From Haplodiscus bocki (lineage: Eukaryota), in the NCBI GenBank assembly GCA_965655095.1, contig OZ296649.1, positions 13,268,001 to 13,332,000 on the forward strand: DNA of 64,000 nt. Reading direction: 5' to 3'. Below the pieces are notes generated by a model. The model was not told where the DNA came from, made no database searches, and was given only the letters and a program-made list of their open reading frames with translations. Within the stretch, counting starts at the first letter, position 1, and every line of letters starts with the position of its first letter. Of this stretch, positions 52,449 through 64,000 are shown piece by piece. The translations under genes and the position numbers were made by a program.

Positions 52449-52919
52449 TTCACCAGTGGTTAGGTACGTTGGTAGCTGGAAGAAGCGAGTTGCTGCTGTT
52501 GAAGATTTTTAAAGAGTGAATTTTCAGAGTAGCAAGTTGCTGCTTTTATAGGATTTTAACTGAATCATACCTGCTTCATACGGACAACTTTTTCTTTTTT
52601 GGTCAAAGCTACAACGATTTCCATATATGGGAGGTGTTTCCTTTTTTAGGTACCTGGTGCAAGTTTTAACACTATTTTGTTTTTCAGTCATTTGTTCAGT
52701 GTAATTTCGCCAGACAAACTGTCGCCTTATCACTGACTATGTTCCACTTGAGTGAATTTATCACACACGCTGTCTGGCGATGTTAATCCCCGTGAAAAGT
52801 TTTCCCAGACAGACTGTCACCATAAAAGGGGAACTTGATCCACTTGAGTTGTTTTGACATTCAAGCTCTTTCATCAATTTAACTAGTTTTAAATGTATAT
52901 AGTCGGTTTTTAAAACAAA

Positions 52920-53075
52920 AGAAACTGATTGACAGCTCCCCTTACTGTTGGTCTTTCCTTTTATGGTCTTTTCATAGATGGTGTAAAGTAATGAGTAGCA
53001 CTTGCTACATTTTTTTGCCATTATTTCATTTTCATTGGTTCAGTCAAGTTGCTACAAATATTACGTTTACTTCAA
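52920..53075 (+). repeat. Dispersed repeat with a diverged second copy at ~55562-55730
   Basis: Both copies share, in order, GAAASTGATTGACAGCTC, TTTCCTTTTATG, GGTCTTT, TGCTACA and CAGTCAARTTGCTACAA. Confidence 0.7.
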
Positions 53076-53924
53076 AAACTTCTGTTATAGTACTATTGCT
53101 CAAATTTCTCCCCTCTAACGCAGCGAAAAAGTTACTTGTCAAAAATGTGAAACATAAGCTAGAAAAAGCCTTTTTGACAGCATAAGAGGAGATGTTCAAC
53201 TGAGACACTTCATTTTACTCACTGTCCAAATTTCTCAACAACTTCCCAGACTTACCTCTTTTTACTTCTTTAGTTTTCTCGAGAGACCGTTGCAATTTGT
53301 CTGCACTTTTTGTTGAAAATTCGCAGGTGCCTTTGAACATTTAACCTCTCTTGAAAACTGGAATTTATTCTCTTGCAAGTAACAAGTTGAAAAGCATCTT
53401 TCAATTAATTTTAACCCTAGTTATCTACCCATTCATCTTTGTTGCTTCCACTGAGTGTACGGATTCTTCTATTTTCAATGGTAAGACCACATTTTGTACT
53501 ACTTTCAACTTATGTGGTTCAAATCGGTCGGCTTAAAATCTGTAAAGGGAAGTGGTTTGCTGTCACAGGTTAAGTCCAGTTTATTCAACTATCAATCAAT
53601 CATGTGGTCTCTCCACGCTTTTTTCGCTGTTTGTTGATCATTTCTCGCTTCCAACCACTTACGAAACTGTTTTATATACTTGATACTTGTCAATCAGCTT
53701 GCTAAAACTATTGCATGATGATTGGTCTACACGATTTCCCTTTATGGCAATGTTTTCAAATTTGTGTCCTTATAAATACAAGTAGGTTTCAAGTTGTCTG
53801 TTTGTAATTTAGTTACGTCGATTTTTGATTGTGCTATTGGGTGACGTAATACTCGATTCTGATTGGCTGTCGACAACGTTTCGCGAAAACTGACAGCAGT
53901 ATATTAAGATCGATCATAGTTCGA

Positions 53925-54422
53925 CAATGTACTAAGACAGGTTATAGCTCAGCAATGTTTTGATTTTGGCTATACCTCAACAATGTGTTAGAATGGGAAT
54001 AGCTTGGCAATGTAATGAGTTACGGTTGAACTCAGCAATGTGATAAAGTTGGGTATACCTAAACAGTGTGTTAGGATTGGGTATAGCTCAACGGTATGTT
54101 GAAATTGGGAATTGCTTAGCCATCTAGAAAGATAGGGTATACCAAAACAATGTGTTAGGATTGGGTATTGCTCAACAATGTAATAAAACAGGGTGTACTT
54201 CAGCAAAGTAATAAGATAGCGTAGACTACCCACCAATGTTTCAAGACTGTATACTTCTGCAATGTAAAAATATATGGTTTGAATTTGGGCGTCCGAGTCA
54301 TAAAGTTGAGATAAGGTTTAGTTTTCGGCAAAAACCGAATGTATGGGTCCGTCAATGTATTAGGAGGTGCGATCCAACCCGATTGTTTTCCACAATGTAT
54401 TTTGAAAACGTGTAGAGCCAGT
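53925..54422 (-). repeat. Third, more diverged, unpaired copy of the hairpin arm
   Basis: 28-bp units followed by TCAGCAAAGTAATAAGATAGCGTA...CCGAGTC...TTTCGGCAA...CCGTCAAT...TGCGATCC...CGTGTAGAGCCAG, colinear with ~49249-49472. Confidence 0.85.
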
Positions 54423-54879
54423 CGTCTCAACATTTTACCCACCTTTCTGTATATACTCTCGACATTATTTAGCATTTAAATTAAGAGAAACCGTAAAACA
54501 CATGATCTCATCATTTACTTTTAATCATATTGCTACCAAAGTGAAAAAATGGTTGATATGGCTTCATGTTCTTTGATTTTCAAACTAAGACTCCTGTCTC
54601 AATCATTTTGTATGCTTGCTTGTATTCAAACTCCCTAATTGGTATAGACAAACCCAAAGAAAGTCTGAAAACACAGTTTATCTGTCAACTTTCACAAATT
54701 TGTTTGCTGTGCTATCTTACAATTACGCAGACTCTGTTGCTGTGCGTTCAAATCATTTTTTGTTTGTTAGTGACTCTTCGACACAAAAGTATTGCTTAAT
54801 GGTCATGCTGTAACGCAAAACTACGTTCTTATAGTTTTTCAATCAGAAGCAACTAAAATTAATTCCCACGACTAATTGA

Positions 54880-55441
54880 TCAAACATGTTAAAGAGAGAA
54901 TAGTCGAAAAAATCCTTATGCAATTTAGAACAAACGTCAACTACATGGCATACATCTCTGATTGTTTAATTGAGATATGTAACACTCATACAGTCACTTT
55001 TGGTTATCAAACCCATTTTTTCTCACAATTTGCCTTCAAGTTACATTTAGCATGAAATGTCTTTGATTGCTTACTGTGACACTGAGGACTAGGAGTGACG
55101 ATGGTAAACATCGGAACAGGAGTTGCGCCGGTGAACGTTGCTCTTCCTAGTTCAAAAAGTGCGGCTTTAATCGAACGTAAAATGTTGCAAAACACAACAT
55201 TATCTATAAAACTCCATCATTGTACATTGAGCGAAATAAAAACCCAAGTTTTTACATTGTCAGACGTCCTTGCTTGTGTCTCAGTACATTGCGCGGATCA
55301 GAGACAACACTCAATCCCGGACTTTTAACAAAATATTTGGATATTACCCTGCAAACGTGTGTTGACGTCGCAAATGAGTTTCTGCAGGCGTACAACACAG
55401 GCGCAGACGTGAAAAATTATCTTTTTTGTAATCTGCATTGA
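54880..55441 (+). pseudogene. Decayed ORF, unknown family
   Basis: HVKERIVEKILMQFRTNVNYMAYISDCLIEICNTH... and HNIIYKTPSLYIERNKNPSFYIVRRPCLC...LLTKYLDITLQTCVDVANEFLQAY, with stops and frameshifts between. Confidence 0.4.
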
Positions 55442-55769
55442 TGTAAATAAGCAGGTTATACAATGTTTTTGTTTGCATTTGTTCTTTCTTACTAACTTTG
55501 TTGAAAATATAATCAATAATTTTAAAATAGCATTAGGTCAAAACAGTATCCGCTGGCGTAACAGAAAGTGATTGACAGCTCGTGCAGTTTTCTGTTTGTA
55601 TGGTTAGCGTTTCCTTTTATGACTGGTCTTTCCATATAGGGTATTTTAAAAGACAACACATGCTACAGATTTTTCCCCATTTTTATTTTTTGCGTTGCTA
55701 CAGTCAAATTGCTACAATCTTTACGTTTTTTTGAGATTTTCCGGTTAAAAAATTGCTCGGCAGGCGTCA

Positions 55770-56710
55770 CCGAGCTGTATCCGATCTTACATTGCGAAAC
55801 TGAATCCTATCTTAATACATTACCAAACTAAACCCTTTCTTGATACCTTACCCAACTTTAACCAAAATCCTAATACATTACCAAAATATACCCTATCTTG
55901 CTGCAATGCCGAAGTATCTTTGCACATTGCATTAGGTCAAAACAGTATAGGATAGCGACAGCGGAAAGGAGCCGCAGGCGTACGGGAGGTAGCAGGTGTA
56001 AAAATTCTAAGGGAGTGTCAGCGAAGGGGAGCCGCAGGCGTGCCAGAGGCAGTACCCGTCATAATTAGTCCGCGCGGCGGGGTCCAAGAAAAAATTTCGA
56101 AAAAGTTTCACAGTACTGAAAATGAGTCATTCAGTTCACTCCCTATCTTTATACATGGAACCGAAATATGCTCTATCTTAATACATTGAGCCGAATTATA
56201 CCCTATCTTAATACAATGAACCGAATTACACCCTATCTTATTACATTGAGTCGAACTATACCCTATCTTAATACATTGAGTCGAACTTTGCCCTATCTTA
56301 TTACAATACCGAACTATACCCTATCTTAACACATTACCAAACTATACCCTATCTTAATACATTGCCGAAGTATCTCCTCGCATTGCGTTAAATCAAAACA
56401 GTATCCGCAGGCGTGAAAAAGAACCGCGGGCGTCATAATCAGTACGCGCCGTATTAAATATCAACGCGGGAAAAAGTTCAAAAAGTTTTTCTCGAAAAAG
56501 TCTCTCAGTGCCGAAAATTGTCGCACAGTGCCAAAAAACAGCCATTCCATATCTTAATACATTGAGACGACCTATAGCCCATGCTTATACATCACCGAAT
56601 GCTATTGCCTATCTTAATACATGCATCCCCTGTCTTAATACATGCTTTGCCTATCTTAATACATTGACTCGGCTTTCGGCTTTCGGCTCCGTAACTTAAT
56701 ACATTGAACT
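55770..56710 (+). repeat. Composite element with three blocks of 28/30-bp CCGAACTATACCCTATCTTAATACATTG(AG) minisatellite
   Basis: Blocks at ~55770-55920, 56140-56370 and 56545-56710. TCAAAACAGTAT recurs at ~55538, 55938 and 56393; CGCAGGCGT recurs at ~55973, 56033 and 56406. Confidence 0.85.
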
Positions 56711-56761
56711 GACACGACTCGTCTCGGCAGCCAAGAGCACCCGAGAACCCTCGGTTCTCGG

Positions 56762-56891
56762 CAACCATTCAGAATCGACTAATACGTCAACCGAGTCGTC
56801 AGCCAATCAGAATCGAGTATTACGTCACCCGAGTCGTCAGCCAATCAGAATCGAGCATTACGTCACCCGAGTTGTCATTACGTCACCCGAG
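56762..56891 (+). repeat. 38-bp tandem repeat (3 copies plus partial) carrying CCAAT and TTACGTCA
   Basis: CAGCCAATCAGAATCGAGTATTACGTCACCCGAGTCGT-type units at 56762, 56800 and 56838; single inverted copy at 53839-53869. Confidence 0.9.
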
Positions 56892-57007
56892 AGCTCCCGG
56901 CTTGGGTGGAGATCCCTTCTCAGCTCTCGGCTCGAGTCGGCTCGCTATAGCCTATCTTAATACATGGGGTCCTCCACCCCCTGCTCACCTCAGCTCACAC
57001 CCTTACT

Positions 57008-57330
57008 ACTAATGTGATGAAAACGGTCGAAACTAGAGTCCAAGACGTCGTATTGACTGCGGTAGAAAATTTAGTGATTCCGAGAGTGGAATTGGCCATG
57101 AAATCAGCCAATGCGTCTTGAGCACGGAGTGTTGACGGTAATGTATTGGAACCTGACCAGAGGGATTTTTCAGGTGATATCGAAAGCCCTACAAATGACG
57201 GCTTCCAGCAGAACAAACTCACGTACAGACTTAAATGGGATCGATGAAACTCATGGTAACATTACCGTAGGGGAATGTGATTTGTTGGTCAACGAAAGAA
57301 ACATTAACCGGCAAACACACACTCATCACA
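57008..57330 (+). mobile_element. Possible LTR-retrotransposon fragment (gag-like coding sequence or LTR end)
   Basis: Decayed frame TNVMKTVETRVQDVVLTAVENLVIPRVELAMKSANAS*...NRQTHTHH ending CATCACA at an apparent junction. The assignment is recall-based; no catalytic motif seen. Confidence 0.3.
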
Positions 57331-58330
57331 CTTGGGATGTCTTTTGTATTGGTAGGCGCTGGCCGCAGGCTCCGCAGGCGTGCTGCGACATATGCAGCTG
57401 GCGTGAATGCACCCAAGTTTTTGACTTTCGCCCATATCCTTTGCACAGAGTATCCATACTCACCCATTTTTGCTAACTCCAGGCATTTGTGTAAAGCTTT
57501 GTTTCCTACCGGGTGAATATATTTTTTGATATCCCATTGAAATACAGCTGTTCCCGCATTGTTGTATATAGCCAAATCTGCGGGCATCAAGACCGGAAAT
57601 CTTCCGGAAGAGTGCAAGTTTTCTCCCATTTAGTGGTCTTGGTTGAACTTGTATCCGTGAAACTAATCGCAGCTCCCGTTCGTTATTAAAACAATAATAA
57701 CATTAGCGCAGCGTTATTCTGAAGTGACTGTCTAAAATGGTGAAAAAACAGCAAAATTTTGCTTTTGGAACCTTCCGTAGTAGAAGTCGATCTAAAGTTT
57801 TCAGACAGAAACCATTTTAATTTACCTCATATTCTGAAAATCTTTCGGTCGACCGGAAGTTTTAAATAAATTTGTTCCAAAATTTACCGTTTCATAATGC
57901 AAGGTTTCAATACTTCAGAACAGCTCTGTATTTGTTCAACTAGTTTATACACCTTGCCATATATTCAGAAGAAACTGTTCAATGATTCGATTAGCTTTTT
58001 TCACTCAAAATCCACTCCCCATTTTTTCAAAGGCTCGAAATATTTGGTCATTTTCTGTCAAAGTTTGGTACTTCATAAATTTTCAATTGTTTCGTGATAA
58101 CGTATACTCCGGTTTTATACAGCGTAATATGTGATTTATGCATCCTCATGTATTTTTGGACGAACTGCGGTGAATATTTATCTTCAACCTCGGAAAACTA
58201 CATCATTTATTTGATTGAATCCACGTTCAGAATATTTAGTTCTTTCTGTCCATCAAAAAGAAAAAAATATGCAATAAAAACAGTTGGTTGTCTAGTACTT
58301 TATTTCGCTTTATCAACATTTTCCGCCACA
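57331..58330 (-). pseudogene. Decayed ~330-codon gene with an open 3' part (57629-57331)
   Basis: VAENVDKAK*STRQPTVFIAYFFLFDGQKELNILNVDSIK*MM*FSEVEDKYSPQFVQKYMRMHKSHITLYKTGVYVITKQL, frameshifts, then MGENLHSSGRFPVLMPADLAIYNNAGTAVFQWDIKKYIHPVGNKALHKCLEL... Confidence 0.45.
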
Positions 58331-58429
58331 TTTTTTTTATATATATGTAAGAAAAACTATTCAATCAGTGGAGTCGTTTTTCTTTTTCTTCTCAGTGTAT
58401 TTTTGACCTTTTTAAATTTTTGAATAAAT

Positions 58430-58499
58430 GGTCTCGGCAGTGCGGTGAGGGCAAAAGTTTCTCAAGCAGTAGGTCCGAGTTCGAATCTCTGTTGGGCCA
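58430..58499 (+). pseudogene. tRNA-derived sequence 1 (pseudo-tRNA or SINE head)
   Basis: Ends ATGGTCT/GGGCCAT can pair; T-arm/B-box GAGTTCGAATCTC; D and anticodon arms are not canonical. Confidence 0.55.
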
Positions 58500-58541
58500 T
58501 AAATTTCTATGATTTCACTGACATTCTTTAGAAATTCAGAT

Positions 58542-58625
58542 GATTCCCATGGCACAGTGGGTAGGACAATGGGGTTTTGAAGCACTAGGTACGGGTTCGA
58601 ATCCCAATATTTACCATTTTTTTTT
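58542..58625 (+). pseudogene. tRNA-derived sequence 2 with Pol III A box, B box and T-run
   Basis: A box TGGCACAGTGG (58550-58560), B box GGGTTCGAATCCC (58593-58605), T9 at 58617-58625; poor acceptor stem. Confidence 0.6.
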
Positions 58626-58825
58626 ATTATTTTCCGACAATTTTTATTCACTGCAATAATAATTAAAAATATGACCTTTGTAGACCTTTGTAGATACATT
58701 GGTTTTTTTCGATTATTATCATTATCATTCTTTTCAAGATCGCAACGAAAGTTCTACTTTCTCCCGAATTGTTTTTTCCACCATATAATTTGAAACAAGT
58801 ACTGCAAACACCAAAACATCACTTC

Positions 58826-59260
58826 TACGAAATTTTTCGGTTCTATGACAGAAAAATTTTCGACGGAAAATCATGATACTCCCTTTTACGAATAAATTGT
58901 TTCAATACCAGAAAAAAATTAGAAGAACAGAAGGGTTCTCTTTTCAATTTTTTTTCGGTCCTATAAAGCAAAAAAAGGTTGTTGAAATAAGTGATACCCC
59001 GTTAAGTGTCCTGTTTCTTGTTTTTCGATAGCAAATATGTTCAGAAGTTCAGAAACAGAAAAAGCCCCCTCACAAAAAATTCAACGGAAACCAAAAGTTT
59101 TCGGCGGTTTTTTGTGAAACCCAACTCTATGGTTCACCAGAAGTTTCTGACCCAACAAATGGGCAGCGCCAGAAACTTTTAGAAACTTCAGAGACTCGCA
59201 GAATTACTAAAACCGCTCCATTACTAATATTTCGGCACTGTGAGACAAAAAATTTTTGAG
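58826..59260 (+). repeat. Degenerate repeat with recurring TTTCGG..CTRT..GACAAAAAA / GTGATAC motifs
   Basis: Similar motifs at ~58835, ~58952 and ~59230; heavily diverged. Confidence 0.4.
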
Positions 59261-60534
59261 TTACCTTCCGAATGTTTACCGAAGTTTCCGCGCCAGGCAG
59301 ATGAGCAGCGTCAATTTTGATCTCTTCTTAGTTTGTTTTAATTACCATCCATATGTTTTTGAAAAAGAAAATAGTCAATTCACTTAAGCTTTTTTTCTGT
59401 TTCAGGAATTTTCAAAAGTCACACAGATTTTGAGTTGCACATTCAATCATATGTACTGAAAAACATATATATGGCGTCACTGCAGATAGGTAATCTAAAT
59501 TAGAATCCTCCACTTCTTTTAAAATCTTGTTTTTTGTTTTCTGGAACTTTTGTGCAATTTCGTTTTTTTTTTTGTGACACAATACATTTTTGTGTTATCC
59601 ATATTTTTCAGGGTTTTCCGGGTTTCCAAAAAATCTTTTTCTTACAAAACTCATTCAACTTAGCAAATTCCAAAATTTTTGAAAGGTGGGAAAAGAATTT
59701 AGGACCTTGTGTTAACCTTCAAATATTTGAAAATTGTATCTTAATTTCTGAAAATGATTTTCATTTTAGAAATATAAGGTACTTTTCCTGGAAAGTTTCT
59801 CGAGTACCTGTATATTGATTTCCTATCTGAGCTTCAAACACCAGGAACACAATGTTTAAAAATTTTTCCGAGGTTGCGTTGTTTTGTACGTCGTATAGTC
59901 CTGAGAGTCAGACCAGGGTTAAAAAAACTTGTGTTGATTAATATTCTCGTTTTTCAAAAATTTTTTCCTCCAAAACGACTGACTGGACTTCCTCCGTCAA
60001 AACCACAATCAACTATCTTCTACTTATAGCAACTCCGCTGTTATGAGAGTACTTGCGTTTAAATGCCTGGCATCTGAAGCAAAGATGAATTTTTCAAAAA
60101 TTATTAGAAAGGTAATTTTTAAATCGAATTCAAAACACAAATATCTTCAGAACTACCTGATGATTTTTGTCCGTAAACGTCTCACTGAAAAATTGTTACT
60201 ATTCAAAAATGGGTGTTCATTGAGCAGTGTTTGCAATTTGACTTTTCCAATAGAAACTCCAACAAGCATTATCTCCTTTTAGGTATGATCAACGTTATTA
60301 ATCAAACTAAAAATTTTTCAAAACTACCAGCTCTAACCCTTCCGTCAAGATCATAATCAACTGTTTTATACCTCTATTCACGTCGTTAAACAACAACGTT
60401 TGGGGAACTTTTAGCTTGAGTTTTGGCAAAAACTGCATGAAAGGATTTTTCTCGAAAATTGAATTTGAAGTTGTCCAAAAATGTTTTCTATGAAGTTTCT
60501 ATTGTTCTTTCTGCTTCGATTTTTTTTTCGATTA

Positions 60535-60894
60535 CCCTAGACTGTGAATTATACATTCGTTGCAAAGATCTTGTAAGATCTTGACATTCGAGAGATTCCT
60601 CGTAAGATCCTTCAAAGTTGATAAATTCCTTAAGAGATTCTTGAAGGAAGAAATGTACTTTGCAAGGATCGTGTGAGCAAATCGATTCATTTTAAGATCC
60701 TTTAAAGTTTATACATTCTATCTCAGGTCCATGCAAGGATTTTACATAGACTTTAGCTTTTTCAAGGATCTTGGACGGAATCCAAAATATTGCAGGGACC
60801 TTGAAAGTTCCTTTAAAGAAGATGTATTATCTTTGAAGCTCCTTCAAGGTTCTTGGATGATCCTTGCAAGGATTTCATTTTCGTAAATCTAGGG
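60535..60894. mobile_element. 360-bp MITE-like DNA transposon with CCCTAGA/TCTAGGG ends, TA on both sides and internal (AAGATC)CTTGCAAG repeats
   Basis: TA|CCCTAGA at 60533-60541 and TCTAGGG|TA at 60888-60896 bracket the degenerate short repeat. CCC..GGG ends with a 2-bp TSD resemble animal CMC/EnSpm non-autonomous elements. Confidence 0.55.
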
Positions 60895-61809
60895 TAGTGT
60901 AGTACCTTAATCTTTAGTTTGACCTTCCGGAAATCAGCTGTTGAAACGCAAAGGATTAGCATTCCTTTGACTCCTTATTTCTGCTGATTCTCATAACTCG
61001 AACTGCAAAGGAACATCTGGGTGAACCAACTGCATTAAATTATGGAGATTTGTAAAGTCGCCATTCCCAACTGCTTTCTGTTGCTGATCCATAGTGATCG
61101 GGAAATCAAAACTGGAATTTAGATCAGCTTAACTGCCAATATTTTCAAGATATTCGCTCTTACATGGACTGTTTTTGGAACAATAGCGATGTTATTGAGA
61201 TTTCTGTGATCAATTCAAGCATTTTGACAAATTTTATAGAATAAAGAAGCTGTCGGCGGAAATACGTTCCTGGAAAGTAACAGCGGAAATCAAAAAAAGT
61301 TCGAGCTGTCATATTTATTTTTTGTACTGTATTTTCGAATCTCAATACTCAACAGTTAGCTTAATGATTTAAAATTGAAGTTTCTAAAGCAACATCGGCA
61401 GTCGCTTCGCTTCATTTCAGAGTGGTTAACCCAAAGGTTTTCCTGTAATGGTAGTGTCTGTTGAGAACATACTTTGAAAACTCATCAGTTTCATCCAGAC
61501 CTGCAGAGGGAGGGGTTAGGTCCTTCCAAATATAAATCAAACAAAGTTTCATTCCAGTCATCTGCTCTTTGTTTCACTGCCGCAACTTGTTGTAATTGCT
61601 AAATTTTGGCCTGAAAAAAACCAAAAAGAAGAAAACCCTAGTCCCAACCACTTTTGAGAATGACATTTGAGGTGACCCTAATTTAAGCAGAAAAATTTCA
61701 AGCCGTTTTATTGAAGGAAGACACGAAAAATTGAAAACTTTCGAGGAACAAACACTTTTAAAATTGTCAACTGCCAGAACATAGTCCATTACTTGAAGTG
61801 GAACCCATT

Positions 61810-61991
61810 CCCCTAGTAGAGGTTGTCTCTTCGTGCCACCTGTTTGGTCGCTAGTCTTTCAGATCCTTCTTTAAATCATACAGGCGTTCGAGATGTCATC
61901 TTCACGGATCAGTTGTTGCTTTCATCTGTCTAGCGACCTCTTCAGACGTGACGGAATTACTATTCCAATTGTCATTTTTGTTATTTGACAT
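61810..61991 (-). pseudogene. Decayed coiled-coil-like fragment, possibly a retrotransposon gag N-terminus
   Basis: MSNNKNDNWNSNSVTSEEVARQMKATTDP*R*HLERLYDLKKDLKD*RPNR; the family assignment is recall-based only. Confidence 0.3.
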
Positions 61992-63231
61992 TCTGTGTGG
62001 ATAGTTTTAAACTATACTCGCTGTGTCCGAACTATTTTTTAAACTGTTCATACTAACCTAGTAGACATTGCACGCAAACTTTACAAGCTGCATGCATTAA
62101 GTTGTATTTTTTTAAAAAAAAACATAGCAAACTCATATATCTAACATGGAAAAGTCTCACACATTTTTCCTTTCAAAAAGAAAAATTTTCACGAAACTTG
62201 CTTGAAACGTAAAAATTGCATAAAAATTTCAATGCAAAAAATTGACAAAACTCAACAAAAGTAACCAAAAAAGTTACTTTGCCAATATAATTATACACTA
62301 TTTTACCTAAGCAAAGTCCTATTAGATGTTTGTGCCCTCTCCACAAACAGGCAGACGAAAACACACCCTATCAACCAAACGTTGAGGAAAGTTTTCAACT
62401 ATGCAGGATATGTCTTATATCAATTTGGCAATACTACTTATTACCCTCCAACAATCATTTCAGTATTTTCTTCTGAAACTTTTGTTTTTCCATCACGAAT
62501 TTGCACTTAAATTGCAAAAATGACCCGTTTTACTTAATCAGAAATATGTGTTGCATGTGAAACGTTTCAGTCACACAATAGAAAATTCGTGCAAATGAAC
62601 AAACTATTACGATAACAAAAGTTTGATTGCACGTGATGTTCGGAAAAGTGCTTGGAAAATTTTAAATACTGCATTAAAGAGTTTCATAAAAGTGGTAAAT
62701 TGTCTGCTGGCTAAATATTTTGTATGTTCCATTGAAAAATTTTGTAAGAGTTCTCTGCAGCAGTCATTTTTTTTCATTTTGATCAGTTTCATGCAAATAA
62801 AACTATGCATACATCATGTGAAAACTTATAAAAACTAACAAAACACTTAGAAGAACACGTAAAATTTTAATGCAAACTCGACTAGGTTAGTGCTGTTTTG
62901 GTCAAGTTTTTATCTGATGTGAAGAAAAGTGAGATTTGAAGAAGATTTTCATCATTACACGGTTTCGAGATGTAACGAAATTCATGACATCTCAAAGATG
63001 TGTATCCCTACTTTGTGATCACGTCCAAGTTCTTAGGCTATCTCTTTCTGCCCTAGAAAAAGAATTGCTCACAGTGATGAGGCAATGTTTTTTGTCATTT
63101 TGCGCCATATTTTTCAGTATATGGAAAGCAAAATCTTCTTCTGAAATGGGTGCGTTTTTTAACTCGATGTTTGCCAATTGAGCTCGCACTATAGATGATG
63201 TTGGCTCGCGTTTCTGAACGTGAAAAGTTTC

Positions 63232-63858
63232 CGCCAAGATCGCTGGGATTGCGAAGACTGCCATGATGTCCAAGATTGCCGAGATTGCCAAGATTGTCAA
63301 GATTGGCAAGAGTGCCAAGATTGCCAAGATTGCTGAGGTTTCCCAGGTTGCCGAGATTGCTAAGGTTCCCAAAATTGCCAAGATTGCAAAGATTGCCAAG
63401 ATTGCCGAGATTGCTAAGATTGCCGCTAATGCCGAGATTGCCAAAAACGCCGAGGTTGCCGAGATGGCCGAAAATGCCGAGATTGCCTAAAATGTCGAGA
63501 TTGCCGAAAATGCCGAGATTGCCGAAAATGCCGAGATTGCCGAAAATGCCGAGATTGCCAAGATTTCCGTGATTGCCAACTTTGCTGAGATTGCCAAGAT
63601 TCCCAAGATTGGCAAGAGTGCCAAGATTGCCAAGATTGCCGAGATTGCTAAGTTTGCCGCTAATGCCGAGATTGCCAGAAACGCCGAGATTGTCCAGATT
63701 GCCGAAAATGCTGAGATTGCCGAAAATGCCGAGATTGCCGAAAATGCCGAAATTTCCAAGATTGCCGTGATTGCCAACTTTGCTGAGATTGCTAAGATCG
63801 TCGAGATTTCCGATGTTTCCAAGACCGGCGAGATTGCCAAGGTTGCCACGATTGCCAC
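63232..63858. repeat. 9-bp minisatellite GCC(G/A)AGATT / GCCGAAAAT, ~70 units
   Basis: Directly visible. Internal ~306-bp duplication (GGCAAGAGTGCCAAG at ~63305 and ~63611). Bracketed by ~30-bp direct repeats at 63200-63230 and 63859-63888. Confidence 0.97.
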
Positions 63859-64000
63859 GTTGGCTTGCGTCTCTGAACTTGAAAGTTTTTTTTTCATTAA
63901 GTTTTTAGAAAATTTGCCGTAGAATGCGACTGGAATAGTAAGACTTTTCAAAACGTGCAAAATTTGGGCTTTTTTATTGGAAAAATAGATAGGTTTTTTT

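Noticed and set aside
47355-56891. CRISPR array in the 28-38 bp periodic sequences
   Set aside because: Units are contiguous tandem repeats with no unique spacers; no cas genes; eukaryotic context.
58430-58616. Functional tRNA genes
   Set aside because: No consistent cloverleaf or assignable anticodon arm; kept only as tRNA-derived sequence.
63276-63770. PRL-repeat ORFs
   Set aside because: Alternative frames of the 9-bp repeat with no independent coding evidence.

Overview
AT-rich eukaryotic genomic DNA made almost entirely of repeats and decayed coding sequence; no intact recognisable cellular gene, rRNA or CRISPR. (1) 1-43752: head-to-tail macrosatellite of ~2.31-kb monomers (20 copies of a landmark motif; one monomer internally deleted), with higher-order blocks. 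The monomer reads as a decayed minus-strand coding segment whose non-amplified 5' end and ATG survive just outside the array (43753-43918). (2) 43753-47154: tightly packed decayed ORFs on both strands, possibly an endogenous virus or giant-transposon relic. (3) 47155-47354: 200-N scaffold gap. (4) 47355-51135: nested inverted repeat, a 1.8-kb hairpin of 28-bp minisatellite inside two inverted copies of a 31-bp-array element. (5) 51.1-64 kb: patchwork of pseudogene fragments, 28/30-, 38- and 9-bp minisatellites, a tRNA-derived dimer and a TA-flanked CCC..GGG MITE. The repeat repertoire reminds me of acoel worm genomes, but that is unverified recall. All translations and alignments were done by eye.
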